In this document: in pieces, positions 52,369-64,000 of the stretch
Layout of the letters: each line of letters begins with the position of its first letter
Numbering within the stretch: the first letter of the stretch is position 1
Source: Lama guanicoe
Lineage: Eukaryota
Length of the DNA: 64,000 bases
Assembly (NCBI GenBank): GCA_013239625.1
Contig: MU056000.1
Location: forward strand, 13,033,175 to 13,097,174
Reading direction: 5' to 3'
Program-made: the position numbers and the translations under genes
Notes under the pieces: generated by a model
Seen by the model: the letters and a program-made list of their open reading frames with translations, nothing else
Databases searched by the model: none
What the model was told of the DNA's origin: nothing

Positions 52369-52566
52369 CTGGGATTTCAAAATTGTAGAATAGATAAACA
52401 AGATTACACTGTATAGCACAGGGAAATATACACAAAATGTTATGATAAATCACAGGGAAAAAAATGTGACAATGATTGTGTATATATCCATGAATGACTG
52501 AAAAATTGTGCTGAACACTGGAATTTGACACAACACTGTAAAATGATTATGAATCAATAAAAAATG

Positions 52567-52597
<31 letters not shown>

Positions 52598-52629
52598 AAC
52601 TACTAAAAACAAACAAAAAAAAACAAAAA
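52369..52629 (+). mobile_element. Young camelid L1 3' end (5'-truncated) with perfect TSD
   Basis: gggatttcaaaattgtagaatagataaacaagatt...gactgaaaaattgtgctgaacactgg...caataaaaaatgt(aaat)n + A-rich tail; identical 14-bp TSD aaaaacactggtaa at 52355-52368 and 52630-52643; tt/aaaa endonuclease site. Confidence 0.95.
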
Positions 52630-54869
52630 AAAAACACTGGTAAGACAATTCACACATTGACTCTCAGCCTCCACTCAAGACTAAATGAGTCAAAGTCTTC
52701 AGTACCATGGCTCATACGTGGCCATTTCATTCATTCCAGGTGATATTAATATGAAGTCATAGCTGAGGACCAGGAAATTACATAATCGTTTCATAGCTTA
52801 TTTCTCAATTAAGAAGATTATTTCTGAAGAATATAAACTAGTCCCGCTCCATATTTTCCACATCCACCTTTTCTGCCATCATTCTCTCCTTCTTCTTGAT
52901 AAACACACTGTCATGAGCATCGCCACGGCCATGTCTGAATCTCCGGAGGTGAAGGGCATGAAGGCATTAGAGGAGGGCTCTGTTCCCCTTTTTGGCAGTT
53001 CTAGGGGGTGACACATTTGTAGGCATGTTGGTCTGAAGCCCCCATTTCACACACCGCACCCTCAAAGTACATCACTTCATTTTACTTACGTGGGTGGCAT
53101 TGAGCCTTTAAATGGCCCCCCTTACCTCTCAGCAAGATCCCTTTAAGACTAAGTGCGTGGTTAGCAAAGCAGCTGACACTACCTCTAGGGGAGGAAACTC
53201 TGGCCTTTGTGGTCTTTGTCCCTTATTTAGTTTCAGTTTCAAAAGAGTTTATTTACCTCTGAGCATCCATTTACTAAATTTAATATGGATTATTTACTTT
53301 GACCCTGGATTTTCTTATAAAAATCTATGTCTTTATGAAGGTGTGTCTCCAAATTTGTACCTTAAATATCAGCTAAAAGTTCTTGTGTCTGCCAGCTGTA
53401 CCTTGGTTAAATTCAGTCTTAATTTGATCAGGTTGGTGGTTTTGTTTTTTTTTGGAGAAGTGTTTTTCCTAACTAATAAAATACTTCTTATTGCTTATAT
53501 TGAAGGAAGGGAAGCTCCATTGACCTGAGGTGAAACTTTAAATTAATCTTGACACTCAGAGATGCCTTTTTTTTTTTCTGTTTTTCATCTGCAGCCAGGA
53601 GTTATTGCAATATATTACTTCTCAAAAGTGATAATATATTGGATGGATGGAATGTTAACCCAAATTAAGGTAAAGCAATATTTTCTTAATAAAACAGAAA
53701 TAGGGGCAATTTATTAATAGTTTAAAATACTTTGGGGCTCACAAAGGGGCAATTTACAGGATAGAATGGAAATTGCCTTAAAATAGGTTCTACTTTTCCC
53801 ATTAAAATATGTATCACTGTTACGAGTATATTTCTTACGTTGCTTATTCCTGCTCTGAATGATGATAATAGATTTTTTCTCTTTATCATCTCTTTAGAAG
53901 AACTCTGACAAAAAAACAAGAAACTGTAACACTGTAACACTACTGCTGTAACACTGAGAGTCCTAAAAAAGGAATATTGGAGTAAGTACAAGGGAATTGC
54001 AGAGATGAAGCACATTTTACAGAAACTTTTGAATTACATCTATCCATATTTCCTCTTATTTTATGATGTCTTATAGGCTGGGCGTTTGGACTAGATGTTT
54101 ATTTTTGTGTCTTGTTATAACACACGGCATAGTTTAAGGATGAAGGACCTACTGTTTTCTGTTTATAGTAGACATTTATTTCTAAGGATTATATTAGGGA
54201 AAATAGTGAAGGAACAGCTACAATAAAGAATTTTATAATTGTACTGAATTAGTATTGATCTCTACCACCTTGGAAAGATTTGAAGCTTTGAAACATTTTT
54301 CATCCAAAATAGAAAAAGGAGGCATGGGGTGAAATTGGGAATTATTTGAATAATTATTTTGATTCAAACGGTAACATCACCAACCCACTGAGAAATACTT
54401 ATTTGCAAATCACATGTGTTATTGTCATTTGAATAAAATGATAATTTAATTTTGGGGGGAAAAATAGAATGTGCATATTATATGTTATGGCTTTATTATT
54501 CAATTTTAAAGCTATTTTATTTTTTTGGCCTCTTCCTAAAGCATTGTAGATTAATACTTAATTAGAATTTCATCTATGAAGTATTTGATCTTATGTTTAA
54601 TATGATCAGTGTCAGTTAACATAAGAAATTCTAACTCTTTCCTTCTTATATCTTCAAGAAGAGATTATGTTTTTGAGTCCATGTTGTCAACAAAGCACGT
54701 AACCATATAAATTTAAAGTAATATCTAAAGTTATGTTAAGATACATTTATAATGCTGGCTACTCGGATACTACTTGAAACAGTAAGCAGGTATCATAATC
54801 TGTAGGACAAACTGCAACATTTGGTTTGCAAACATGGTCCTCGCTCTTGAGAGGACATTTAACCAGAGA

Positions 54870-55070
54870 AGGCGCACAGGCCTGTTGAAGACTGGCGTCC
54901 TCACTGTCCAGTCCCCATGACCTTGGATATATTTAGCTTTTCCACCTTATTTGTAAAATAAGAAGGACAATACCTACTTCCTAAGGCTGTGCTGAGGATT
55001 TAATTAGATAATGCCTAGAAATTCTCAGAGCACTGTAAAGGTCACAGCGGGTTCTTACCCAGTCTTATCA
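54870..55070 (+). mobile_element. MIR SINE
   Basis: tgaccttgga...ttatttgtaaaataag...aatacctacttcctaaggctgtgctgaggattta, MIR core. Confidence 0.75.
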
Positions 55071-55127
55071 TCTCAATTCGGTTATTCAGTAAAACATTCC
55101 AATATTGGATAATTTGGAAAGCTAAAG

Positions 55128-55207
55128 ATATGTAGATATATGTATGAAATATACCTATATATATACATGAAATATATAGGTATATATATCTATACATATA
55201 TATATAT
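55128..55207. repeat. Degenerate (TA)n tract
   Basis: Seen directly. Confidence 0.8.
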
Positions 55208-55766
55208 TTCATTCTCTTTGTTAGTAGCCTTTCTTACTGAGCATGTGACATTGTATTCTTTCAGCAGTGGAGACAGATGGAAAAATCAGAACAAATGTGC
55301 ACCTGTGCTCTTTTCTTCGAAACATGCAATTTGCAACGTATCCATCCTTTCTGCCTGCAGTTTAATGACTCCCATGATAAAGCACAAACAAAAGCAACCC
55401 CCTGAAGAAGCCCCACTCAATTACCATATGACCCAGCAAACAAACGAGACAGAGAGAGAAACCCCAGGGCTCTGGGGGAAAGTATTAGCTAAATCCTTTG
55501 CACAGAGCAAATGCTCAACAACCCTTTCTAGGCATCAAGTAAGTAAAAGAGTGGAGGTTATGATTTCCACTTTTTTCTTTATACATATACAAAAATTGTA
55601 AAGTTCTGTTCAACTGAAAATTCACTAGAATGGAAAGGGATACTTGGCTCTAAAGAACCTTGAATAGCAAGATTCATAGAAAGCTCTCGGTTTACCATAG
55701 TTCCACTACAACAGGATTCAGGTACACCTGAGAGTTAATTATAGTGAGTCCCTTGGAAGTGTGTAT

Positions 55767-55801
<35 letters not shown>
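55767..55801. repeat. (AC)12(AT)5 microsatellite
   Basis: Seen directly. Confidence 0.95.
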
Positions 55802-55804
<3 letters not shown>

Positions 55805-55858
55805 GCAATATTAGCCACTGCTCACTTGAATTATGGAAGCAGTCAAAGAATCAGCCAG

Positions 55859-56101
55859 GGGAAAGATGGGGTAGAAAGGGATAAATCGGGAGTGTGGGAT
55901 TTGTAGATACATACTACTATATATAAAATAGATAAACAACAAGGTCCTACTGTACAGCACTGGGAACTATATTTGATAGCTTGTAATGGCCTATAATGAA
56001 AAGGAATACACACACACACACACACGTATAGATGAATCACTATGCTGTACACCAGAAATTTAACATAACATTGTAAATTGACTGTACTTCAATAATTAAA
56101 A
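55859..56101 (+). mobile_element. 5'-truncated cetartiodactyl-type L1 3' end
   Basis: gggataaatcgggagt...tagataaacaacaaggtcctactgtacagcac...gaatcactatgctgtacaccagaaa; TSD aaagaatcagccag (55845-58) / aaaaaatcaaccag (56102-15). Confidence 0.9.
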
Positions 56102-59100
56102 AAAAAATCAACCAGAAAATGATATTCCACTTGTGTCAGCTTCCAGAACTGGGTATTGGAGTGGCCACTGTTCCTGGCATCAGTGAGGGATCTGAGATCT
56201 TTGGTGTAAAGTACTCAGGACCTTCTGTCATATGGGTGACCCCTGGACTTGGAGTTTGTATTCAGGGACAGCAAGACCCACGCCCCCCTCAGTGTCCAGT
56301 CATTTCTCCTTGAATAAATAGCGCTATCCTTCTCTCAGTAATTGGAGCCTAGGCAAGAGTACCATGATTTTCTATATCCTCCCATCAGTGGTCACTAGAA
56401 TACTCCCAACAGAAAAACCTGCTTCAAAGGAGATAGCCTTTAGTGTCTTACAGGTGAGTAAGCAATGAAATAATTTCCACCTGTATCTGGACATTCAGGG
56501 AGCCTGCAGTGAGCTTTAATAAGCTATGTCTTTCTTTATCAATGGAGACTCCCAGAGCCAGTGTGCAGTGTGTTGTTCACTTTTCTTTTCTGATACGTGT
56601 CCCATTATTTCCATGAACAGTTCACTGCCCACCTATTACATTAACACTCGTAAGCTTGCTCCATGGACATGGACACACACATACACACACTCATCCGCAG
56701 ATGAAACATACAGAATAGCTTCATGCACATGGGTATAAAGCTCTGAGAATTTGTGCCTTGGAAATTTATGCAAATATCTTGAAATCTGTGCCAATAGACA
56801 AACTTGTTTCTAAAGAAACAATTTCTGTTGAACTCTTGACTAATGAACAGTGCTAATTTTGTAGCTGTCAATACATATCATTTTGTTGATGACAAAAATA
56901 GAAAGCAAAATTAGTGTGTCTCTTATAATACTGGTTGCATAAATGTTAAAATTGGGCAATTTTTTCAATGTTATGACGTGTGTGTCAGAAGATGGGACAA
57001 CTTATTGGTATTCTGCTGCCATTTCCCACTACTGCTACCAAAGAATACCCCTGGAATACTAACTGAGTATTATTTTAATGAATATGATGAACTTTGTATT
57101 TCAATATATAAAAGTATATTATGAATGCTTTTCAATGGTGGCGTTAAAATTCCAAGATTGAAGGGTACGGGATGGTGTTGTGGCCGCAAAATCATTTTTA
57201 AAAGCTGACCTAAAATTGCATAGTTAGAGTAAATGGATCCTTCAGAGAACAAAGAGACCAAGGATTCTGTAATGCCCGACACTGAATGGAATGAGAAGAT
57301 TCATTTCAGGGAGAATCTCATTCTTGAATAACATGTCCACAGTTTTGTCCCAGCAGTCTAAGCTCTTGCTTACGCTTTATTTGGTAGAACATACAAACGT
57401 AAGCACATTAGGGTCATTTGGGTTTAGAGCAGTCTATCACTTTACAAATAAGAAATAGAAATTCAGAACATGGTTGCCCCCTGGTGTGCATGTAGCTGAA
57501 TTACAACTATATTCAAAAACGTAAGATTTAAATTCATGGAGAGTGATGCAAATACAGAATTGGGAAAGTGAATAGTAAAGAGCACATTTTTTTAATCAGT
57601 TGACAATAATCCATCTTATACCATTTGTAAACTTGGTCAATGGTTTAGAGAGAGAATTATAACACAGAGACACTTGGAGTGGCTTTGTGTTTCATCTGGC
57701 TTGCAAAGCCCTCAGGTATGGCCCCAACTGCTTACCGGTCTCCTTGGCTTCCTGATAAGATTATAGTCTGTGGCAGAAAACCCTCTATCTACCATTCAGG
57801 CAGATATTACACATTCCTAGAGTCTTCAGGGTCCAAATTCAAGAGGGAAAGGCATAAAGAGAAAACACAGTGACCCTTCCTCCCTACATCCCCATCTCAG
57901 TTTAGGACACGCCCAACCTACACCTCCCCCGCAAGGTTCATTTCCTACCCCCGGGGTCTGCCTCTTTGGAAAATGTTTGACAACCATCCTTTCAGGGCAG
58001 ACTGTACCCTCTCCCAGCAGGTGGGAACTGGATCCATCCTTAGCTGGGCTCCTGCCCTTTGACTCAAAACAAAATATAACAAAACAAAAAGAAAATAACA
58101 CGAAAACCCACAGACTCTCCAGACTGAAAGGCATAACGTGATTATGAAAGATGCTCTTCTGCTACTTTGTAAAACTTGATTCTCAAAAAAATCTCTAAAA
58201 GTCTGGATTGTTCAGAATTAAATATCACCTAGTAGAGTAAATTAAGTCTAATTTGAGTCCATCTTGAACCTTTCAGCTCTGTTTGTCATTCTTCCTCCAG
58301 GGTTTAGTTCGTCCTGCCTGTACCTCATTCTTTCAGTCTTCGTGGTCCCAGCTCCTGATCCGATGAGCATCTGTTCATGACAGCTGATCCACACAAATTA
58401 CAGACACAGCACACTCTACAGCATAACTCAGAAAATAGTAATAACTACAAAATAAACACATTTCCCCCAAATCCATGTAGACTAGAGACAAACTTTGACT
58501 GTCAATATAAACCCTTTTCACACCATGGTGCAGAAGAGTTTAGACACAGGTTTTTAAGCATCTTTTTCACTGTCTCCCCTGCCTGTTTAGCTTTTTCACC
58601 TCTCACTGGGGCATTTTTAAGTGGCCCTCCCCAGAAATGAGCTTTTGAAGTAAAAGTGAATTTGAGTTGTTGAATGAATCCCTTTAAAATTTGGTAAATT
58701 TGTCCAGCTTCATTTACAAGTATGCAAAGTTTCAAATGTCATGGGCAAAGATCAGAACGTAACTGAATGTTGTCCTCAGCCGTCTCTAAAAGGAGTAACT
58801 TCACATGGTAACAAGACTTAGAAGTAACAGTACAGCCTTGAGATGTTGCCGGAAAATTTCACTTCCTGTTTATCAGCATGTTTCAAAGATGGCTTTCTTT
58901 TCCTTAGGTTATTGGTAACAGAGTTTTCTGCAACGTCCACAGGCAATGGGAGGTGAGGTTTATATGAGACACTGAGTTGCAAAGAAAAGCAGAAAGTAGC
59001 CATGCATATGATCTTATCTCCTTTTTCTTTTTTTAAATTCTTCTAAAATAAAAAAAAAAGATAAAACAAAATAGTAAGAGAAATATGGACATAGGTACAT

Positions 59101-59779
59101 ACTGCCTAGATGAAATTCTTGGCTGGCTGAGCCCTCATGCTCTCTGTTGCAAGAAAAGGTCACTTTTACTTCTGTTCAGGCCTTTTATCATTCCATCAAC
59201 TTTGCTATGGTGGTTACTAAATACAAAACACACCTATCTCCTCAATAAACTTAGAGTTTTACGATGGGTAGCAGCAGATAAGAAAAGAGGTGATTATAAT
59301 ACTAGTTAGTATTATGTTGGGTATTTGCAAAATACTAGAGCAGGAGATGGAGAATGAAATTAGTGTCTAGTAAAGAGAACGGCCCTACAGTTAGAAAGCC
59401 GAAGACGTGGGGAAAAAGAATTTCAGACTTTGTGAGCAAATCTACACCTAAAGGCAGGATGGGCACGAAGGAGCGGGATACATGCTGGAAACTGCTGATA
59501 AAGCAGCTGGAAAAGAGAGCGCATCCTGCTTGGGATGGTATGTCTGAAAAGTTAGCAACAAGACGACAGGGTTGTGCCATTTTCCTGAAAGTCAGTGGGA
59601 AAACTCTGAAGCCAGGAATTAACCTCAGCCACTGTGCACTAGGAAGATTCCAGCCTAGGAAGAATGGAGACTAGCTTGGAAGAGACAGGGGAAAGATTTA
59701 GAAGGAAGAACCACTGTGCTTCTGTAGACATGCATCTATTCCTCGGCTAGAACATTTCACTGATCATGGCCAGGACCCT

Positions 59780-60275
59780 CAGGAGAGAGCGGGTGATTCT
59801 TAACATGGCTTCAAGGCCTTTCATGATACTGCCCGTATTAGCTCACTTATTTCTCAGTATTCCTAGCCTGCCTTTCTGCTTTGGTTCCCACCTACTGCAA
59901 ACTTGCTCAGCTGGGCAGCGGTTCATGCTGTTCCCTTTTCTTAGATTATCTGTAGAATATTACCCCTTTTGTCTTTCTCCCTTTCCTCTCCACCCCTCCC
60001 TACCTACTTCACCTGGCTAGCACCCAGTATTCCTTTCAGGTTTCAGATTATATATAATCTTTTACACAAATCAAAGTACTTGCACCCGCCGTCAGCCTTC
60101 CCCACCCCTACCCCGTGGTAGATCAGGTGACCCCAGAGTACCCTAAGGCTTCCATTCATCTACACACCTAGGGAATCTCAGTCCCGGCTAATCAAAAGGT
60201 TGCAAAGAGCTGTATTTATCTTGCTCCTTGCTTTCTGCCAGCACTAATTTCCTAATTAAACATTTGCCTGATGAG
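59780..60275 (+). mobile_element. L2 3' region
   Basis: cttaacatggcttcaaggcctttcatgat...cacctggcta.c...tcctttcagg...aattaaacatttg. Confidence 0.65.
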
Positions 60276-61242
60276 TATATTATAGTGCTAAAAATTTTAG
60301 TAGAGAGATCCCCGGTTCTCGTAATCATCTAAAAAATGGCAAAGTTGGTGTGAGAGGAAAAAGTTTCCAGAGCCATCAGTGGAGAGAGGAAAATAATTGA
60401 CAAAGCCATAGGGAGATAGGAAGATAAAGGGCAGAAAGATCTGCTATGCTAGTAAAGATATATACTGTCAGATTTCATTAGAATAAACTATGATATGATG
60501 TAATAATATGTCACAGCATACTATAATATAATATAAACTCAATTAACTGAACCATCAAAAAAATTGCTCTTATGTATGTAATTTTGGACAAAGAAAAACC
60601 AAAGTTGAGAGTATATTATTATAAGAGAGTATTATGCATACTTTGCTTAAAATGTTTCTAAAAAAGTAGAAAAAAAATGATGTCCTATTATAATACAATA
60701 TTATGCATATTTTATTTAAAATGTTCAATTTGTGACTTACGATATATGTTAATCAAATTCAGACATTGTGGGTGGTTTCATTTAAATTCATTAAATAATT
60801 TTAATGAACACAAAATGTTAATCTTATAACCCAAATTATTACTATTTTTTTGCTATTCAGGATCCTAATTGCAAAATTAGGAAAACAAACTAGTGCATTT
60901 CAGGAGCTTTTGGACCATAAGGATTGGAATCAAAGGATATTATAACAATCTTCAGCTAAAGAATGAATGAACCCTGATGCTCAAATGGGCTGGTGTTTGG
61001 GCTTAACATTGCTGAAATATAAAGAGGAAGAGTCATGCACAATTTCACACTTAAAATAGAACCAGTGGCATCTAATACTGTCAATGTACTTCTTCACACA
61101 GTAAACTGTTTCCAACTTCATAGATAAAATATATTAGAATATCTTAATAGTAAAGATTATTTTTCTTCTAAAATTTGGGACTTAAAGTATTTAATACAAT
61201 ATACTTTATATTCATAAAAATATTCAGAAGTCAACAGCACTT

Positions 61243-61366
61243 GGGGAGGAGGGTATAGCTCGAGTGGTAGAGAGCATGCTTAGCATGCATGAGGTCCTGG
61301 GTTCAATCCCCAGTACCTCCTCTGAAAATAAATAACCTCACTACCTTCCTCCCACCAAAAAAAAAA
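61243..61366 (+). mobile_element. Camelid tRNA-Ala-derived SINE (vic-1 type) with TSD
   Basis: ggggaggagggtatagctcgagtggtagagagcatgcttagcatgcatgaggtcctgggttcaatcccc...poly(A); TSD aagtcaacagcactt (61228-42) / aagtcaacacactt (61367-80). Confidence 0.95.
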
Positions 61367-62484
61367 AAGTCAACACACTTGACACTGTTTGAACAAATTT
61401 GTTACATAACTTCTTTTTAACTCATTCAAATAAATCTGTATTTAAATTTCAAAGTAGTTGAGTGCTTCAATAAATACGGCAATGTAGACATTTTTAGACT
61501 TCGTTTAATAGCTCCCTGTGCATTATGTTTGCATATGTGGATATATATGTATATTGTGTCTCAGTGAGTGTAACTTATCTACTTTGATTTCACTTTGACA
61601 AGTCTCATTTGTTTAAGGAAGGGAAACTCTTCAGGCCTCTTTGCAAAATTTCCTTTTGGGGATCTATGTTCCTGAAATTACAGTTAAATAGAATGCTACT
61701 TTTACTTCCAAATGTGAGGTGTGCAATGGCCTATGTCCTACTAACTTGTTCCAATCAAACATTTAGTAGAGAGCGGGGTGTTTTTCTTTTTTTGCTATTT
61801 ATTTCTTTTGATCAGATGAAATTAAGGCATACACGTTAGCAGTATTTATACAACTAAAAGTAATTTTTGTTATTTGCATTGTCTTTTATGTTATACTGCC
61901 ATCTTGTGGCTACTTGGTCAACTTTTTAAAAATTATATTCCTGGCCAGTATATCAGCATGACCCCAAAAGCATTGCGAAATGTGACTTCCAACATTATGG
62001 AAGATACTTACTCTTACAAGTATTATCCTCTTGGCTATCTCTCAGTAACAAAGTCATAATACTTCTTTGTAGCACTTAAAAGTTTTAGGTAATTTACCTG
62101 AGAATTCCCTGACTTTGTTTGATTTTAAATGCTATCTAAATTGATATTAACAATTGCATAAAAAGGGAGAAAACACTGTTAAATGATTTGTTCACACGAG
62201 TATATTTCATAATATAGATCCTATTTTGGACCTGTACAAAGTAAAATCACTTATATTAAAAATTTAGACAATTTTACATTTTTAGGTTGAACATATAAAG
62301 ATAAATTATGTCTAGAGCTCAAGATATATGTTTCTCTTTTATCATTATTACCTGCTCTAGGTTACAGAATAATTAAAATACTTGGTTAAATTCTATAACT
62401 GCCTGGGCAGCCTATGGTTAAGAAAGAACTTACTTGTATTTTGTCTTAGGCTAAGCCTTTCTTATACTGGTTGAACTTTTCTCA

Positions 62485-62868
62485 TTTTTTTAAAAGACTT
62501 TTTTTTTTTTTTAAGAGCAGTTTTAGTTTTCACAGCAAAACTGAGAGGAAGATATAGAGATTTCCCAGGTACCCCTTGGCCCTCACCTAAAGATCCTTCC
62601 CCATTATCGACACCCCCCACCAGAGTTACAACTGATGGACCTACATTGACACATAATTCCCCCAAAGTCCAGAACTGACATTGGGGTTCATTCTTGGTGT
62701 TGTGCATTCTGTGGGTTCTAAGCACATAATGACATGTATTCGTCATTACAGTATCAGCATATTTTCACTTCCCTAAAATCCTCTGTGCCCCTCCTATTCA
62801 TCCTTCCCTTCACCCTAACCCTGGGCAACCACTGAACTTTTTACTGTCTCCTTAGTTTTGCCTTTTCC
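62485..62868 (-). mobile_element. L1MC1-like 3' UTR
   Basis: agagcagttttag.ttcacagcaaaactgagaggaag.tatagagatttccc...cctacattgacacat...ccctaaaatcctctgtgc...gcaaccactga. Confidence 0.9.
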
Positions 62869-63585
62869 TTTTTTCTTTTGCAGTAGCAGCAAAACATTAT
62901 TCACAGCCCATTGTTAGTGTCCACAACATTCTCCCATCACTTCATCTTCAGGGTGGGAAGAGAGTGGGTGGAATGTTGAGCACAGAGCTGTCTCTGCCAC
63001 AGTGCCTGACGCAGCTTTGGAGTCAGAGTCTGTCCATCCAGTTGTGGATGTTGGCCGCGCACGATGTGCCTTCAGCCGGATGCTGTTCCCACACATTCTG
63101 GTTCAGTCACCGGTCGGGGCTTCACATCTTCCTCCTACAGTGAAGGGGCCCGTGGTGGCAGGTGCACCTTCAGCCTTCATGGCCTCCTGGCCCCTCCAAG
63201 AGGAGGCAGTGAGAATAGTGAGAATAGTTTTATTGCATTGTTCAACATATTTAAAGGGCTTTCTGCTTTTAGTTTATGCCTCTAAACCCAATGATACCTA
63301 TTTTTTAAAAACATAGCATATAACATAAGTAATTATAGTCAACACAGTGGTCAAAGATGTTCTTGCTTTACTGGGGAGGAATTGGTACGGTTACCTGCAG
63401 TGTTTTGAGAGCCAATAAAACAAATTAGAAAGAAATTATGAAACAGAGATCTGGTTACAGATATATATATATGTGCATGCACACATGTTAAGACTCATTA
63501 TGAGGCAAATACTGTTTTCTGAAAAAATAAGTAAGGTATATTTTAACAAGAGAAGAGGAACAGGAACAGATTAGAAAGTGTTTCT

Positions 63586-63795
63586 GCATTAGCAGATACA
63601 AACTACTGTATATTAAATAGATAAAACAGCAAGGACCTACTACAGAGCACAAGGAACTGCATTCAATAGCTTGTAATAACCTATAATGAAAAAGTATATA
63701 AAAATAATATATATATATATATATGTATAACCAAATCACTATGCTGTACACATAGCTAACACAACATTATAAATCAACTATACTTCAATTAAAAA
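63586..63795 (+). mobile_element. 5'-truncated cetartiodactyl-type L1 3' end
   Basis: ttagcagatacaaactac...aatcactatgctgtacac...aaatcaactatacttcaatt + poly(A); TSD aaagtgtttct at 63575-85 and 63796-806. Confidence 0.9.
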
Positions 63796-64000
63796 AAAGT
63801 GTTTCTAGGTAACTCACTGATAAGCAAAAGGATATACTGTGCTTGAGTTAAAAACAAATAGCAGATAAGTTTACAGAAGTGCATTTAAGCTTTAGTTTTT
63901 TCTTAACGGAATGAAGATAACCCTTCACATCAGAATGAAAATTGTTCTGAAAGCCGTATTTTCCCAATTTGTACTATTAAATCCGAGGAGAGGGGGTGAC

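Noticed and set aside
56108..56150. aaccagaaaatga after the 55.9-kb L1 resembles the start of the transduced sequence at 15086
   Set aside because: The similarity is only ~13 A-rich nt and does not extend, and that L1 is 5'-truncated so could not be the source element
1..64000. CRISPR array, operon or other prokaryotic/viral system
   Set aside because: There are no regularly spaced repeat-spacer units and no gene-dense ORFs; the sequence is uniformly mammalian and repeat-rich

Overview
AT-rich, CpG-depleted mammalian genomic DNA, very probably camelid (alpaca/llama/camel). The evidence is two tRNA-Ala-derived SINEs of the camelid vic-1 type and L1 3' ends of camelid/cetartiodactyl type. I find no recognisable protein-coding gene, structural RNA gene, CRISPR array or prokaryotic system. 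None of the six-frame ORFs matches a protein family I recognise, apart from decayed L1 ORF2 pieces. The window looks intergenic or deep-intronic. Much of it is transposon fossil: about ten LTR/ERV remnants between 6 and 45 kb, several kb of old L1M, L2 and MIR fragments, two DNA-transposon remnants (MER103-like, MER2-like), several 5'-truncated L1 tails with target-site duplications (TSDs), and microsatellites. The most interesting observations are an L1 tail with an apparent ~125-nt 3' transduction (15.0-15.2 kb), a chimeric LTR-env-LTR element with a readable env transmembrane segment (16.7-18.0 kb), a zero-spacer p53-family response element flanked by half-sites at 40/39-bp spacing (48.6 kb), GAS/EICE composite motifs, a few exon-like segments, an orphan L1 5' end, and a 7/7 plus-strand bias of the young LINE/SINE insertions. 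Repeat family names come from recalled consensus resemblance, not a database search. I cannot support a claim of a new biological system here.
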